A stretch of 64,000 nt of DNA, taken from positions 6,372-70,371 of the forward strand of contig JAFGPX010000176.1 in assembly GCA_016935975.1 (NCBI GenBank), in the 5' to 3' direction. The notes below the pieces were generated by a model, which was given only the letters and a program-made list of their open reading frames with translations, searched no databases and was not told the origin of the DNA. This document shows positions 1 to 9,295 of this stretch, in pieces. The first letter of the stretch is position 1. Each line of letters starts with the position of its first letter. The position numbers and the translations under genes are program-made. The DNA is from Deltaproteobacteria bacterium (GTDB taxonomy: Bacteria; Myxococcota_A; Polyangia; Fen-1088).

Positions 1-1125
1 GCGGATGGCGGGGACGGCCTGCGCAAGATCCGCGCGGCGCAGAGCCCCGCGCCGGAGTACGACGTCGTGCTCCTGGATTGCCTGATGCCGGGCATGAGCG
101 GCTTCGACGTCGCCGCGGAGCTGCTCGGCCACGAGGGGTTCACGAAGCCGATCATCGTGATGCTCTCGAGCATGGAGGAGAAGGACAGCCGTGAACGGTG
201 CCGCGCGCTGGGCGTCGCCCGGTTCCTGGTCAAGCCGGTCAGCCCCTCGACCCTCTACGACGCCATCATCAGCGTCGTCGGTCTGCCGACGTCGGAGGCC
301 GGGGGCAGAGCGGCGCCGGAGCCTGCAGCGATCACGCCGGCCGCGATCCCGGTCGGCGCACGGATCCTCGTCGCCGAGGACAACCCGATGAACGTCGAGG
401 TCGCGCGGCAGCTGCTCAAGCGGGCCGGGATCGAGTGCGACGTCGCCCGGAACGGCGCCGAGGCGCTTGAGGCTGTCGCGCGGAAACGGTACGACGTCGT
501 GCTCATGGACATCCAGATGCCGGGAATGGACGGGATGGAGGCCACGCAGCGGATCCGCGAGCAGGAAGAGACCACCGGCGAGCACGTCCCGATCGTGGCG
601 CTCACCGCCCACTCCATGAAGGGCGACCGTGCGCGCTTCCTCGCCGGCGGCATGGACGACTACCTCGCCAAGCCCCTCGATGCCGCGCGGCTCTACCAGG
701 TGATCGCCCGCTGCGCGCGGGATGCCCGAGCCAGAGGCGACGCCCCGCACGCGGCCCTCGGGGGCGGCGCGGCGGAAGGAGCGGCCGAGCTGTTCGACGC
801 CGGGGATCTGCTCCAGAGAATGGGCGGCGACGAGGCACTGGTCGTCGAGGTGCTACGCATGTTCCTCGACGAGTGCGGCAAGGCGCTCGAGTCTCTGGCG
901 GCCGCGGTCAGAAGCGGGAGCGCGCAGCGCGTGCGCAGTGCCGCGCACTACCTCAAGAGCATGTCGGCCAACGTCTCGGCCCGAGCGCTCAGCCGGGCGA
1001 GTCACGAAGTCGAACAGCTCGGAGCGGCGGAGGACGTGGCCGGCGCGGCGGGACGGCTTGCGGCGATCGGCGAAACCTCGCGGCACACGATCACGGCCAT
1101 CCGCAACCACCTCGGGAAGTCATGA
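1..1125 (+). CDS. C-terminal part of a hybrid sensor/phosphorelay protein: REC-REC-HPt (5' end outside window)
   Basis: Frame 1 is open from nt 1 (ADGGDGLRKIRAAQ...), so the Met at 67 is internal. There are two CheY-like receiver modules (DVVLLDCLMPGMSG...VKP; ILVAEDNPMN...DVVLMDIQMPGMDG...LAKP). They are followed by an HPt-like segment with a phospho-His motif (SAAHYLKSMSANVSA). The stop TGA at 1123-1125 overlaps the next ATG. Confidence 0.8.
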   Translation, partial: ADGGDGLRKIRAAQSPAPEYDVVLLDCLMPGMSGFDVAAELLGHEGFTKPIIVMLSSMEEKDSRERCRALGVARFLVKPVSPSTLYDAIISVVGLPTSEAGGRAAPEPAAITPAAIPVGARILVAEDNPMNVEVARQLLKRAGIECDVARNGAEALEAVARKRYDVVLMDIQMPGMDGMEATQRIREQEETTGEHVPIVALTAHSMKGDRARFLAGGMDDYLAKPLDAARLYQVIARCARDARARGDAPHAALGGGAAEGAAELFDAGDLLQRMGGDEALVVEVLRMFLDECGKALESLAAAVRSGSAQRVRSAAHYLKSMSANVSARALSRASHEVEQLGAAEDVAGAAGRLAAIGETSRHTITAIRNHLGKS

Positions 1126-2084
1126 CGGGTCTGGATTGCAGCGGCGCCCGTGGCGCCGCAACGGATGCCGGGACGCGGCTGAAGGTGCTGGTCGTCGACG
1201 ACGATCCTATCCAGCGGCGCCAGCTCGAGGTGACGCTCGGTCGCTGGGGCTACGAAGTCCGGACCGCCAGAGACGGACGCGAGGCGCTGCATCTCATGAG
1301 CGAGGAGGGGCCGGTCCAGATCGTCGTGGCCGACTGGATGATGCCCGAGATGGACGGGATCGAGCTGTGCCGCCGGATCCGCGGCAACGAGAGCCACCCC
1401 TACGTCTACGTCATCCTGGTGACGTCGCGCGATCGCCGAGACGACATCGTCACCGGGCTGGACGCGGGTGCCGACGACTACCTGACCAAGCCCATCCATC
1501 ACGGCGAGTTGCAGGCCCGCATCGCTGCGGGCAAGCGCATCGTCGATTTGCAGAGCCGGCTCCTCGCGGCGCAGGAGCAGCTGCAGATCGAGGCCACCCA
1601 CGACGCGCTGACCGGCCTGTGGAACCGTCGCGCGATCCTCGAGAACCTGCAGCGGGAGATCGTCCGCTCCGGCCGCCAGGGCACGGCGCTCACGGTCGTG
1701 ATGGCCGACCTCGATCACTTCAAGCACATCAACGACACGCACGGCCATCCGATCGGAGACGCAGCCCTGCGCGAGACGGCCCTGCGCCTCGGCGGCGCCA
1801 CCCGACCCTACGACTTCGTGGGGCGCTACGGCGGCGAGGAGTTTCTGATCGTGGCGCCCGGCCTCGAAGCGAGCGGCGCCAGCGAGCTCGCCGAGCGGGT
1901 CCGCAACCGCATCGCGGGCACCCCGTTCGTTACGTCCGGTCCGAGCCTGTCCGTGACCCTGAGCCTCGGGGCCGTGTCGCTCCGCGGGGGGGCCGAGGTC
2001 GAACGCGTGCTGGCCGCCGCCGACGCCGCACTCTACGAGGCCAAGGCCGCCGGCCGGAACACCAGCCGGCTCAAGGAGATATGA
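1122..2084 (+). CDS. Response-regulator diguanylate cyclase (REC-GGDEF, PleD/WspR-like)
   Basis: The ATG at 1122 overlaps the upstream stop (ATGA). Receiver domain: KVLVVDDDP...ADWMMPEMDG...LTKP. GGDEF domain: intact GGEEF, with an RxxD I-site 5 aa upstream (RPYDFVGRYGGEEF). The ORF-track start at 873 lies in Arg-rich upstream read-through. Confidence 0.9.
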   Translation: MTGLDCSGARGAATDAGTRLKVLVVDDDPIQRRQLEVTLGRWGYEVRTARDGREALHLMSEEGPVQIVVADWMMPEMDGIELCRRIRGNESHPYVYVILVTSRDRRDDIVTGLDAGADDYLTKPIHHGELQARIAAGKRIVDLQSRLLAAQEQLQIEATHDALTGLWNRRAILENLQREIVRSGRQGTALTVVMADLDHFKHINDTHGHPIGDAALRETALRLGGATRPYDFVGRYGGEEFLIVAPGLEASGASELAERVRNRIAGTPFVTSGPSLSVTLSLGAVSLRGGAEVERVLAAADAALYEAKAAGRNTSRLKEI

Positions 2085-2181
2085 CCGCGAGACGACCGCG
2101 AGCGGCGCACTGCTCACGGTTCCGCGTTCGGGCTGCGCCCTCCCGTCAGTGCTCTCGTAACGGCCGCGGGGAGCCCGCTCG

Positions 2182-3240
2182 TCAAAAAGTCGCGGCGAGG
2201 CCCAGGCGTGCTTGCTGGGGTCCGAGCGCTGGCACGAGCGCCCAGCGGATGGCTGGGCTACCGTGCGCCGAGGCAGACCGGCGGAGCGATGGGCCCTGGC
2301 TTGCCCTCGGTGAGTCCGGCACGTCGTCCGCCACCGGCGTGGTCCAGCGGTGAAGGCCGATGACCGTGATGGATAGACCGGCGACAATCCCTACGCCGCC
2401 CAGGATTTCCATCGTCTTGCCGAGATAGCCCCAGCCGCTCGTCACGGTCTGGTATTTCTCGCTGTCGTACGACAGGTCCGTCGACATCGGCATGCCTACA
2501 GCCAGCAGGCAGATGCCGAGGCCCGTGGTCACGCTCCCGAACGTGACCATGCCGCGGCCACTCGGGGCCTCGACATTCCGCGGCCGAGTCAGCGTTTGGT
2601 GGCGCTGATGGCGATTTTGGACGAACCAGTACCGCTCTTCCTCGCCGAGACCCAGCTTGCGGGAGATGGCCACGGTTTCCACTAGGTCCCTGCCAACGGG
2701 CGCAAGCTCGGGGTGCTTCGCCCTCATGGCGTTGCTTTCCCGGTACGCGGCGACGAATTCGGCGCCGACCAGCCCCTTGTGCCCCAGCCTATCCGCCATC
2801 TCCATGTCTGTGGCATCGAGACGTGCGCCGGCCCGCCGCAGCTCCGCGAGCTGCGCTTCGGTAAAATGCATGGTTCCGGGCATCGCACCTGCCGGCGCGA
2901 CGGATGGTGCTGGGACCGCGGGAGGCTCCGCGGCTGCTGCGGGCGAAGCCGATTCCGCCGTGGGGGCCGGCGGAGTAGCCTGTGCGGGTGTGCCGGCGGC
3001 AGGAACGGCCGGTGGCGGGGCGCTCGCAGGCGACGCGGGCGAGGGTGGGGCGGCCCCAGATGGAGCAGCCGGCTCTGGATTCACACAGCGGCCCTTCTCG
3101 CAGATGCGCTCGCCCTTGCACTCCGAGTCCTTGGTGCACCCCGCATAGGCGGCGCGCGGGCATGCTGCCGCCAGCGCGGCGGAAGCCGCGGCGAGGATGG
3201 CCACATTCTTGCGGCGGGAGCGTCTCCTTGGCGTCGTCAC
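2182..3240 (-). CDS. Secreted/membrane protein of unknown function: signal peptide, N-terminal Cys-knot motif, Pro/Ala linker, C-terminal domain with predicted TM helices
   Basis: A GTG at 3240 is preceded by AAGGAG with a 6 nt spacer. The N-terminus is VTTPRRRSRRKNVAILAAASAALAAA..AYAGCTKDSECKGERICEKGRCVNP. Hydrophobic stretches lie near the C-terminus (GLGICLLAVGMPM; ILGGVGIVAGLSITVIGL). The remainder of ORF 2182..3936 upstream is Arg/Pro-rich and overlaps the next gene. Confidence 0.6.
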   Translation of the reverse strand: MTTPRRRSRRKNVAILAAASAALAAACPRAAYAGCTKDSECKGERICEKGRCVNPEPAAPSGAAPPSPASPASAPPPAVPAAGTPAQATPPAPTAESASPAAAAEPPAVPAPSVAPAGAMPGTMHFTEAQLAELRRAGARLDATDMEMADRLGHKGLVGAEFVAAYRESNAMRAKHPELAPVGRDLVETVAISRKLGLGEEERYWFVQNRHQRHQTLTRPRNVEAPSGRGMVTFGSVTTGLGICLLAVGMPMSTDLSYDSEKYQTVTSGWGYLGKTMEILGGVGIVAGLSITVIGLHRWTTPVADDVPDSPRASQGPSLRRSASAHGSPAIRWALVPALGPQQARLGLAATF

Positions 3241-3272
3241 AGTGTTCTCCTTGGTTGTGGCATTGCCGTGGC

Positions 3273-5411
3273 TCAGGGTGGGGCGGCGAGTAGCAAGGCC
3301 CCGTCGCCCAGGACGGCGAGCTTGCTGCCGACCAGCAGCCTGCCTATCGAGGGTTCGGTCAGCGGGTAGCGTCCCACGAGCGGGTAGCTGCCGTTCGTGA
3401 TGGCGTACGCCCGCAGCTCCGCGTAGCCGAGGTTGAAGTAGTGATTGATGACGTCGACCGGGGACGTGCCGGGCGGCGGGGCCAGCTGGGCAAGGGCGCC
3501 CGGCCCGAGCGCCCGGACGTAGAGTCGCTCGCTGTCCGCGGCGAGCAGGGTGCACCAGACGCAGCCGGTGACTGCCACCTCGACGGTGGCAGCGGCCGGG
3601 TCGAAACGCAGGATCTCGCCCGTCTCGGTCGCGGCAAACCAACCGGGTTCGGCAAGGAGGAGGGTCTTGGCGGCAGCGACGAACGACGGCAGCGTGATGC
3701 GACCTTGCGCGTTGCCGTCGAGGTCGAAAACGATGGCCTCCGCGCCCTGGAGGACCACCAGCTTGTCCTGCCAGAGATGGCCCGCATAGTCCGTGCCGGT
3801 CGGCAAGCCCAGGGGCTTGGCGACGACCGTCGCCGTGTGCGGATCGAGCAGCCAGAGGTTCAGAGAGTAGTCCGACGACTGGAACACAGGGCCCGATCCG
3901 AATCCGATCATCTGGCCGCCGCTCGTGCCGAGCCACTGGGTGTACAGACCCAGATCAGCGATCCTACCGACTTCCTTCTGCGGGGCCGCCGCGTCGTAGA
4001 TGGTCGCCCAAGAGATCATGTTTTCGAGGCCCCGCAAGCTCTCAACGGCCACGATGCGGTCCTGGACCCAGCCGACGTCGTCCGGGTAGCGCGGTCCTCC
4101 TCCCATGATCGCGTCCGCGCCGGTGTCGAGATCGCGAAACACCCAGCCCGCGGAGCTGGGCACGACCAGCGTGCGGCCGTCCGGGCTGAGCGCCCCGGCC
4201 CCACGCGCCTCCCCGATCGGGTCTTCCGCCGGGCAAACCACGGCCGGCGGCGCATCCGGCGAGAACCGCATTCCTGGAAGCCAACCGCTGACCACGAGCG
4301 CGGCGCTCCCGTCCATGGCATCGAGGCGGTAGAGGCACTCGGCGCCCGCGAGCGCCGAGACCGAATGGGGCTCGAACGCGCCGCGCATGTCGTAGGCGAT
4401 GGTCTTCGCGAGATCCGTCGACTCCGCCTCGTAGAAGAACCCCGCGCTCGACCAGAGGTACGGATGGTGGAGCTGCTCGTGGCGAGCGACCTCGACCGGC
4501 GCAGCTCCCCCGAGGTCGTAGAGCCCCACGTCCCAGCCGCCGCCGCCGGCCGCCGGGATCACCAACCGCTGGCCTTCCATGGCGTACAGACGCGTGTCGC
4601 CGAGCGGGATGGAGGCCCACAGCGCACCCGTGTTGAGCGCGGCATCCAGACGATAGACCTCGGCGCCCTTGCCCCTGCCCACCAGGGTGTCCCCCGCGAT
4701 GAACTCGGCCCTGGCGCTCGGCAGGCACAGGGTTTCCACCGGCGCGAGCGGGTTCGATACGTCCAGGAACGAGACACCATGGCCGGTGCTGAGCACGAGC
4801 TTGCCGTGCCAGCTTCCCACCGGGTAGCCCACCCAAGGAAACCACCAGGCAGTCGCCCGTGGCGCGGCAGGATTGCTCAGATCGAGGACCGCCAGATTCG
4901 CGTGCCCGTCGCGCACGACGGCGGTGTTGCCGACCACCGCCGTCGACTCGTAGCTCCAGGTGGCTGGCAGGGGCAGGCTGCCCACGAGGGAGAGGTCGCT
5001 CGCCTTGCGGATCTCGGCGAAGGAGCGGCCGGTCGCGAGCACCATGTCCGCTCCCAGCGGAAAGGTCTCGTAGGCATAGCTCTTGGCCGGCACCGGGACG
5101 AAACCAGTGGGTTGCTCGACGGGTGCGACCGGAATCTGCCGCTGGCATGCGGAGAAACAGGCAAACGTCTCGCACAGCGGATTCGCCTCGACCCCGGGGG
5201 CATCCAGTTTCCCATCCATCCCGCTGTCCCGGCTGCCGCCAGTGCCGCCGCTACCGATGACGATCCGGGCGCCGCCACTGCCGCCGTCCCGGACGCCGCC
5301 ACTGCCGATGGAATCGGTGGCGACGCAGCCATTGGCGAGGAGCGGACCAGCGAGCACGAGGGACGCCAGGAGAGCGAGCTTCCTCGACGGTTGTCTCACG
5401 GCATCCCTCAT
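3273..5411 (-). CDS. LVIVD-repeat beta-propeller-like lipoprotein
   Basis: The ATG at 5411 has AGGGGA 5 nt upstream and sits 16 nt after the upstream gene's stop. Signal and lipobox-like sequence: KLALLASLVLAGPLLANGC. Repeated LVIVD-type motifs are present (ANLAVLDLSNPAAP, HGVSFLDVSNPLAP). Confidence 0.7.
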   Translation of the reverse strand: MRDAVRQPSRKLALLASLVLAGPLLANGCVATDSIGSGGVRDGGSGGARIVIGSGGTGGSRDSGMDGKLDAPGVEANPLCETFACFSACQRQIPVAPVEQPTGFVPVPAKSYAYETFPLGADMVLATGRSFAEIRKASDLSLVGSLPLPATWSYESTAVVGNTAVVRDGHANLAVLDLSNPAAPRATAWWFPWVGYPVGSWHGKLVLSTGHGVSFLDVSNPLAPVETLCLPSARAEFIAGDTLVGRGKGAEVYRLDAALNTGALWASIPLGDTRLYAMEGQRLVIPAAGGGGWDVGLYDLGGAAPVEVARHEQLHHPYLWSSAGFFYEAESTDLAKTIAYDMRGAFEPHSVSALAGAECLYRLDAMDGSAALVVSGWLPGMRFSPDAPPAVVCPAEDPIGEARGAGALSPDGRTLVVPSSAGWVFRDLDTGADAIMGGGPRYPDDVGWVQDRIVAVESLRGLENMISWATIYDAAAPQKEVGRIADLGLYTQWLGTSGGQMIGFGSGPVFQSSDYSLNLWLLDPHTATVVAKPLGLPTGTDYAGHLWQDKLVVLQGAEAIVFDLDGNAQGRITLPSFVAAAKTLLLAEPGWFAATETGEILRFDPAAATVEVAVTGCVWCTLLAADSERLYVRALGPGALAQLAPPPGTSPVDVINHYFNLGYAELRAYAITNGSYPLVGRYPLTEPSIGRLLVGSKLAVLGDGALLLAAPP

Positions 5412-5427
5412 CCGGTCCCCTGCAAGC

Positions 5428-6348
5428 CTAGTTCGCACCGTTCGCTCCGGGCACCCCGACAAGGTAGGCCAGTCCCAGGCCGAGACTGACGTTGCCCCGC
5501 GGCAGCGTCGTGCTTGGGTAGGGGGAGTCGTCTACCGTGAGACGCTCGGCGCGGAAGGCGTAGCTGGCAGCCGCGAAGACGTACGGGCACAACCGCCCGA
5601 GCATCAGCCCCAACCTCAGTCGCACGTCGGCGGCGGCCCCCCAGCGGGTCACGCTCTTTCCCGGATTGAGATCTCTGCCCTCGACCGCCAGCCATGTCAG
5701 CTCGGGAAGGAGGCTCAAGTCGGCGAAGAGAGGCCCCACTGTCTCCCCAACCGAAAGGCCCAAACCGAAGTCGTAGAGACGATAGGCCGCCCGGCCGCGC
5801 ACCATCGCCTGCTCGCGCTCCCCGGTGCCTTCGATCCTGGCTCCGAGCGCCAACCAGCGCGAGAATCGATACGCGATCTGGAGCCCGGCGCCCAGCGCGG
5901 CCGCCTTGCCATTGTGGATCTCGAAGCCGAATCCGCTCACCTCGACCAGGAAGGGACGGCTCGGCTGGTGGGCCCACGGATCTCCGGCGGCAACGTGGCT
6001 CGGGCCGGGCACGACTTCCTTGGGGGCGGCGACGACGTCCACGGCCACTGCGGCCGGCGCCGGGGGCAACGGCGCAGCGGCGGATGCCGAGGCGGCGGCG
6101 AGCGAGGAAGCGTCGGGCGGATTCGCGGGGTGGGGCGGCGGGACTGGCGCGACAACCTCGGCAGGGGGCCTTGTGTCAACGGCCGGAGATGGGTAGACGC
6201 AGCGGCTGTTCTCGCAGATGCGCACGCCCTTGCACTCCATGTCCGTCGCGCACCCTGCCTGAGCAGCGCGTGGCAGAAGCACCGCCAGCAATACCGAAGT
6301 AGTGGCAAGTATTGCCGCTCCCTGCTTCCGCAAACGTCCCGTCACCAC
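5428..6348 (-). CDS. Secreted protein: signal peptide, Cys-knot motif, Pro-rich linker, C-terminal beta-barrel-like (OMP-like) domain
   Basis: GTG start at 6348 (or 6345). N-terminus: VTGRLRKQGAAILATTSVLLAVLLPRAAQAGCATDMECKGVRICENSRCVYP. The C-terminal ~190 aa show alternating hydrophobic/Gly/aromatic beta-strand-like patterns (FGFEIHNGKAAALGAGLQIAYRF...VSLGLGLAYLVGV). Confidence 0.6.
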   Translation of the reverse strand: MVTGRLRKQGAAILATTSVLLAVLLPRAAQAGCATDMECKGVRICENSRCVYPSPAVDTRPPAEVVAPVPPPHPANPPDASSLAAASASAAAPLPPAPAAVAVDVVAAPKEVVPGPSHVAAGDPWAHQPSRPFLVEVSGFGFEIHNGKAAALGAGLQIAYRFSRWLALGARIEGTGEREQAMVRGRAAYRLYDFGLGLSVGETVGPLFADLSLLPELTWLAVEGRDLNPGKSVTRWGAAADVRLRLGLMLGRLCPYVFAAASYAFRAERLTVDDSPYPSTTLPRGNVSLGLGLAYLVGVPGANGAN

Positions 6349-6387
6349 CCGGTCATTCTACTCCTCGGCAAAGCCCCCAAATACCCG

Positions 6388-7152
6388 CTAGAGCAGGAAG
6401 GGCAGCACGGCGCGGCGGCCGGGCGGGTAGTCGGCGAAGCGCTGGCGGTACCAGCGGTGGTGATGGATGGCCCGCGGCACGAGGTTGGCCGCGGTCCAGA
6501 GCGCGAAGATGAGGCCGCCGGGCGACCAGGTCGCCAAGGCGAAACCCGCCCACTCGACGATCTCGCCGAAGTAGTTGGGGCAGGACAGCCAGCGAAAGAG
6601 CGGCCCGGCCGGCACGACGTAGGCGCCTCGCGCGGCGGCACGCTGCCGGCGCAGCTCGCGATCGGCCAGCACGTGCACGGCGAAGCCGCCGAAGAAGAGC
6701 AGTGCGCCGGCCAAGAAACGTGGCGAAGCCAGCCAGGCCAGCGAGCGCGGCTCGGCCAGGAAGAAAAGCCAGCGCCCGTTGAGGTAGACGTTGACGACGT
6801 TGAAGAAAACGCCCGAGGCCAGCACCAGCAACGGCATGGGGCGCGCGGTCCTGGGCAGCAGGAACGGAAAGACGAAGGCGCGATAGCCGTAGTGACAGAG
6901 CCACAGGCCGAGGAACACGCTGGCCAGGGCATCGCTTTTGCCGCGGCCGAGGAAGAAGAGCAGAATCATGCCGAGCGGCGAGGGGGCCTCCATCAGCGCC
7001 CAGGCCAGGCGGGCGTTCGCGACCGGTCCGAAGCCCGGCTGGCTGTGGCGACCGTAGGGCGCGGGCCGCAAGAGGAGGTAGGGCACGAGCGCGATCGCCA
7101 CCACGAGCCACGCGGTCCACAGGGCGAAGTAGGCTGCGGGGGAGAAGCTCAA
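6388..7152 (-). CDS. 3-oxo-5-alpha-steroid 4-dehydrogenase (steroid 5-alpha-reductase / polyprenol reductase) family membrane protein
   Basis: The C-terminal signature is typical of PF02544 (GPLFRWLSCPNYFGEIVEWAGFALATW...HHHRWYRQRF), with multiple TM segments. A TTG at 7152 overlaps the upstream stop (TTGA) and follows AAGGAAG. A GTG at 7176 is an alternative start. Confidence 0.75.
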   Translation of the reverse strand: MSFSPAAYFALWTAWLVVAIALVPYLLLRPAPYGRHSQPGFGPVANARLAWALMEAPSPLGMILLFFLGRGKSDALASVFLGLWLCHYGYRAFVFPFLLPRTARPMPLLVLASGVFFNVVNVYLNGRWLFFLAEPRSLAWLASPRFLAGALLFFGGFAVHVLADRELRRQRAAARGAYVVPAGPLFRWLSCPNYFGEIVEWAGFALATWSPGGLIFALWTAANLVPRAIHHHRWYRQRFADYPPGRRAVLPFLL

Positions 7153-8174
7153 ACCCAGCCTGCTTCCTTCATCCACGCGAAGGTGTCGCGCAGGGTTTCG
7201 GCCATGGGCCGCGTGCGATGCCCCAGCTCGTCTTCCGCCTTGCGGCCGCGGATGGGATGCCGGTCGCGCAGGACGCGCAGGGATTCCGACGTGAACAAGG
7301 GGCGGCGACCGCGCAGGCGGGCCCACGGGGGCGCGAAGACCGCCCCGAACCGGGCCAGCCACATGGGGGCTGCCCAGCGCGGAGCCGGCCGGCCGCATGC
7401 CTGGGCCCACAGACGGGCCAGCTCCACCAGCGACAGGCGCGTGCCGGGCAAGAGGTAGTGCTCGCCACGACGGCCCCGCGTCTCGGCGGCCAGAACCGTC
7501 GCCACCACGTCGCGCACGTCCACGAAGTCGTAGCTGGCATCGGCGACCAGGGCCGGCAGCTTGCCGCGCGCCAGGGCCAGCAGGACTTCGCCCATGGCCG
7601 AAACCTGGAAGTCGAACGGGCCGAGGATCGCCGTGGGATTGAGGATGACCGCGTCGAGCCCGGAGGCGACCGCGGCCTGCACCACGCGCTCGCTCTCGGC
7701 CTTGGCGATGCCGTAGATCCCGCAGTCGAGATCGCGCGCCCCGGCGGTAGGGCAGGTTTCGTCGATGGGGTCGTCGCCTGGGCCGGGCGCGAAGGCGTGG
7801 ATCGAGCTCAGGTGCACCAGGCGCCGCACCCGCGCGGCCAGGCACGCCTCGGCCACGTGGCGCGTGCCCTCGACGTTCACCTCGCGGACCAGGGCCGCCG
7901 GCTCCCAGCCCGCGGAGATCTTGGCGGCCAGGTGAAAGACCGTGTCCACGTCGCGGAAGGCGGGCTCCAAGCTCTTTCGGTCGAGCACGTCGGCGCGCAC
8001 CGCCTCGACGGGCAGGCCGTCGAGGCCCTTGCTGCTCTCGTGCACGAGAACGCGCACGCGACGGCCGCCCGCGACCAGGGCGCGCACGAGGTTGGCGCCG
8101 AGGTGGCCGGAGGCGCCGGTCACGGCCACGAGCCGCGTGGAGGAATCGCTGCTGGAATCGGTCGCTGTCGCCAT
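7149..8174 (-). CDS. NAD(P)-dependent epimerase/dehydratase (extended SDR, 3-beta-HSD/dihydroflavonol-reductase-like)
   Basis: Rossmann motif VAVTGASGHLGANLVRAL and a catalytic YxxxK-type segment (GIYGIAKAESE). The ATG at 8174 follows GAGG and lies 8 nt after the PhzF stop. Confidence 0.85.
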   Translation of the reverse strand: MATATDSSSDSSTRLVAVTGASGHLGANLVRALVAGGRRVRVLVHESSKGLDGLPVEAVRADVLDRKSLEPAFRDVDTVFHLAAKISAGWEPAALVREVNVEGTRHVAEACLAARVRRLVHLSSIHAFAPGPGDDPIDETCPTAGARDLDCGIYGIAKAESERVVQAAVASGLDAVILNPTAILGPFDFQVSAMGEVLLALARGKLPALVADASYDFVDVRDVVATVLAAETRGRRGEHYLLPGTRLSLVELARLWAQACGRPAPRWAAPMWLARFGAVFAPPWARLRGRRPLFTSESLRVLRDRHPIRGRKAEDELGHRTRPMAETLRDTFAWMKEAGWV

Positions 8175-8182
8175 GTCGTACC

Positions 8183-9025
8183 TCAGATGCGGAACTCGCC
8201 GCGCGCCACGATGACCGCCGCGCCCCCGACTTCGACGTGGCTCGGTCCTTCCGCCGAGCCTTCCGCGCGGGCCAACAGCCGCGACGGTCGGGCGATCTCG
8301 GCGCCTTGCTCGATCTCGATGGTGCTGCCGTAGGGGACGCGGCCATGCCGTGCCAGGTGCACGGCCAGCGGACCGGCCGCCGAGCCGGTGGCGGGATCCT
8401 CGGCGATGCCGAAGGCCGGCGCGAACATGCGCGTCTTCCAGCGCGTGTCTCGGCCCGCGAACGTGCTCACCGCGACCTCCGGCAGGCGCGCCAGGGCGGC
8501 CATGTCGGGTCTGAGCGCCGCAACCGCAGCCGGGCTGGGCAGGGCAACGAAGACGTGGCGGAGGCCGTTGTCGTACGCGGCGACCGGCAGCTCCGAGCTT
8601 TCGAGGTGCAGCGCCGCGAGCAGCGCCGGGGCGTCCGCGAAGGGGACTGGCCGCGGCAGAGGCTGCTCCATCCAGCCGAAGGCGACACGGGCGGCCTCGC
8701 GTTCCAGACGCACGGGCACGAGGCCCGCGGCGGTTTCCAGGACGATGCGCTCGAGCTGCACGGAAGTGCCGATGACGAAGGCGGCGCCCAACACCGGATG
8801 ACCGGCGAACCGCAATTCCCGCAGGGGCGTGAAGATGCGGATGCGCGCCTGGCCTTCGCCCTGCTTCGGTAGAACGAAGACCGTCTCCGAGAGGTTCAGC
8901 TCCCGCGCCAGCGCTTGCATCCGTTCGTCGTCGAGGCCGCGCGCATCGGTGAACACGGCGAGCGCGTTGCCGGCCAGCGGCCGGTCGGCGAAGACGTCGG
9001 CGAGGACGTAGCGGAAGCTGGGCAT
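8183..9025 (-). CDS. PhzF-family isomerase/epimerase-like protein
   Basis: From the internal ATG at 9025: MPSFRYVLADVFADRPLAGNALAVFTDARGLDDERMQALARELNLSETVFVLP. This is the characteristic PhzF N-terminus and the length (~280 aa) fits. Confidence 0.85.
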   Translation of the reverse strand: MPSFRYVLADVFADRPLAGNALAVFTDARGLDDERMQALARELNLSETVFVLPKQGEGQARIRIFTPLRELRFAGHPVLGAAFVIGTSVQLERIVLETAAGLVPVRLEREAARVAFGWMEQPLPRPVPFADAPALLAALHLESSELPVAAYDNGLRHVFVALPSPAAVAALRPDMAALARLPEVAVSTFAGRDTRWKTRMFAPAFGIAEDPATGSAAGPLAVHLARHGRVPYGSTIEIEQGAEIARPSRLLARAEGSAEGPSHVEVGGAAVIVARGEFRI

Positions 9026-9295
9026 GCCCGGGAATCTACCAGCGTTCCCGCAAAACCGAGGCGCAGGCACGCGACGCCCGCCTGGCGCCGGGGCCGAGGC
9101 GGTTTGGGCGCTGCGGCTTTCGCCGGAGCCCGGTGCGGCGTACGTGGGCGTGGACGGCGGGAAGGTACAGGGCCATCATGGAGGACGACCGGAAGGGGGC
9201 AGTTGACGAATGCTGTCGGACAGCTTGCACGGCAGGATCCCCGATCACAACGACGCTCGGGCGGCCGCCGGGCTCTGGCTGTGGAAGAGAGCGAC

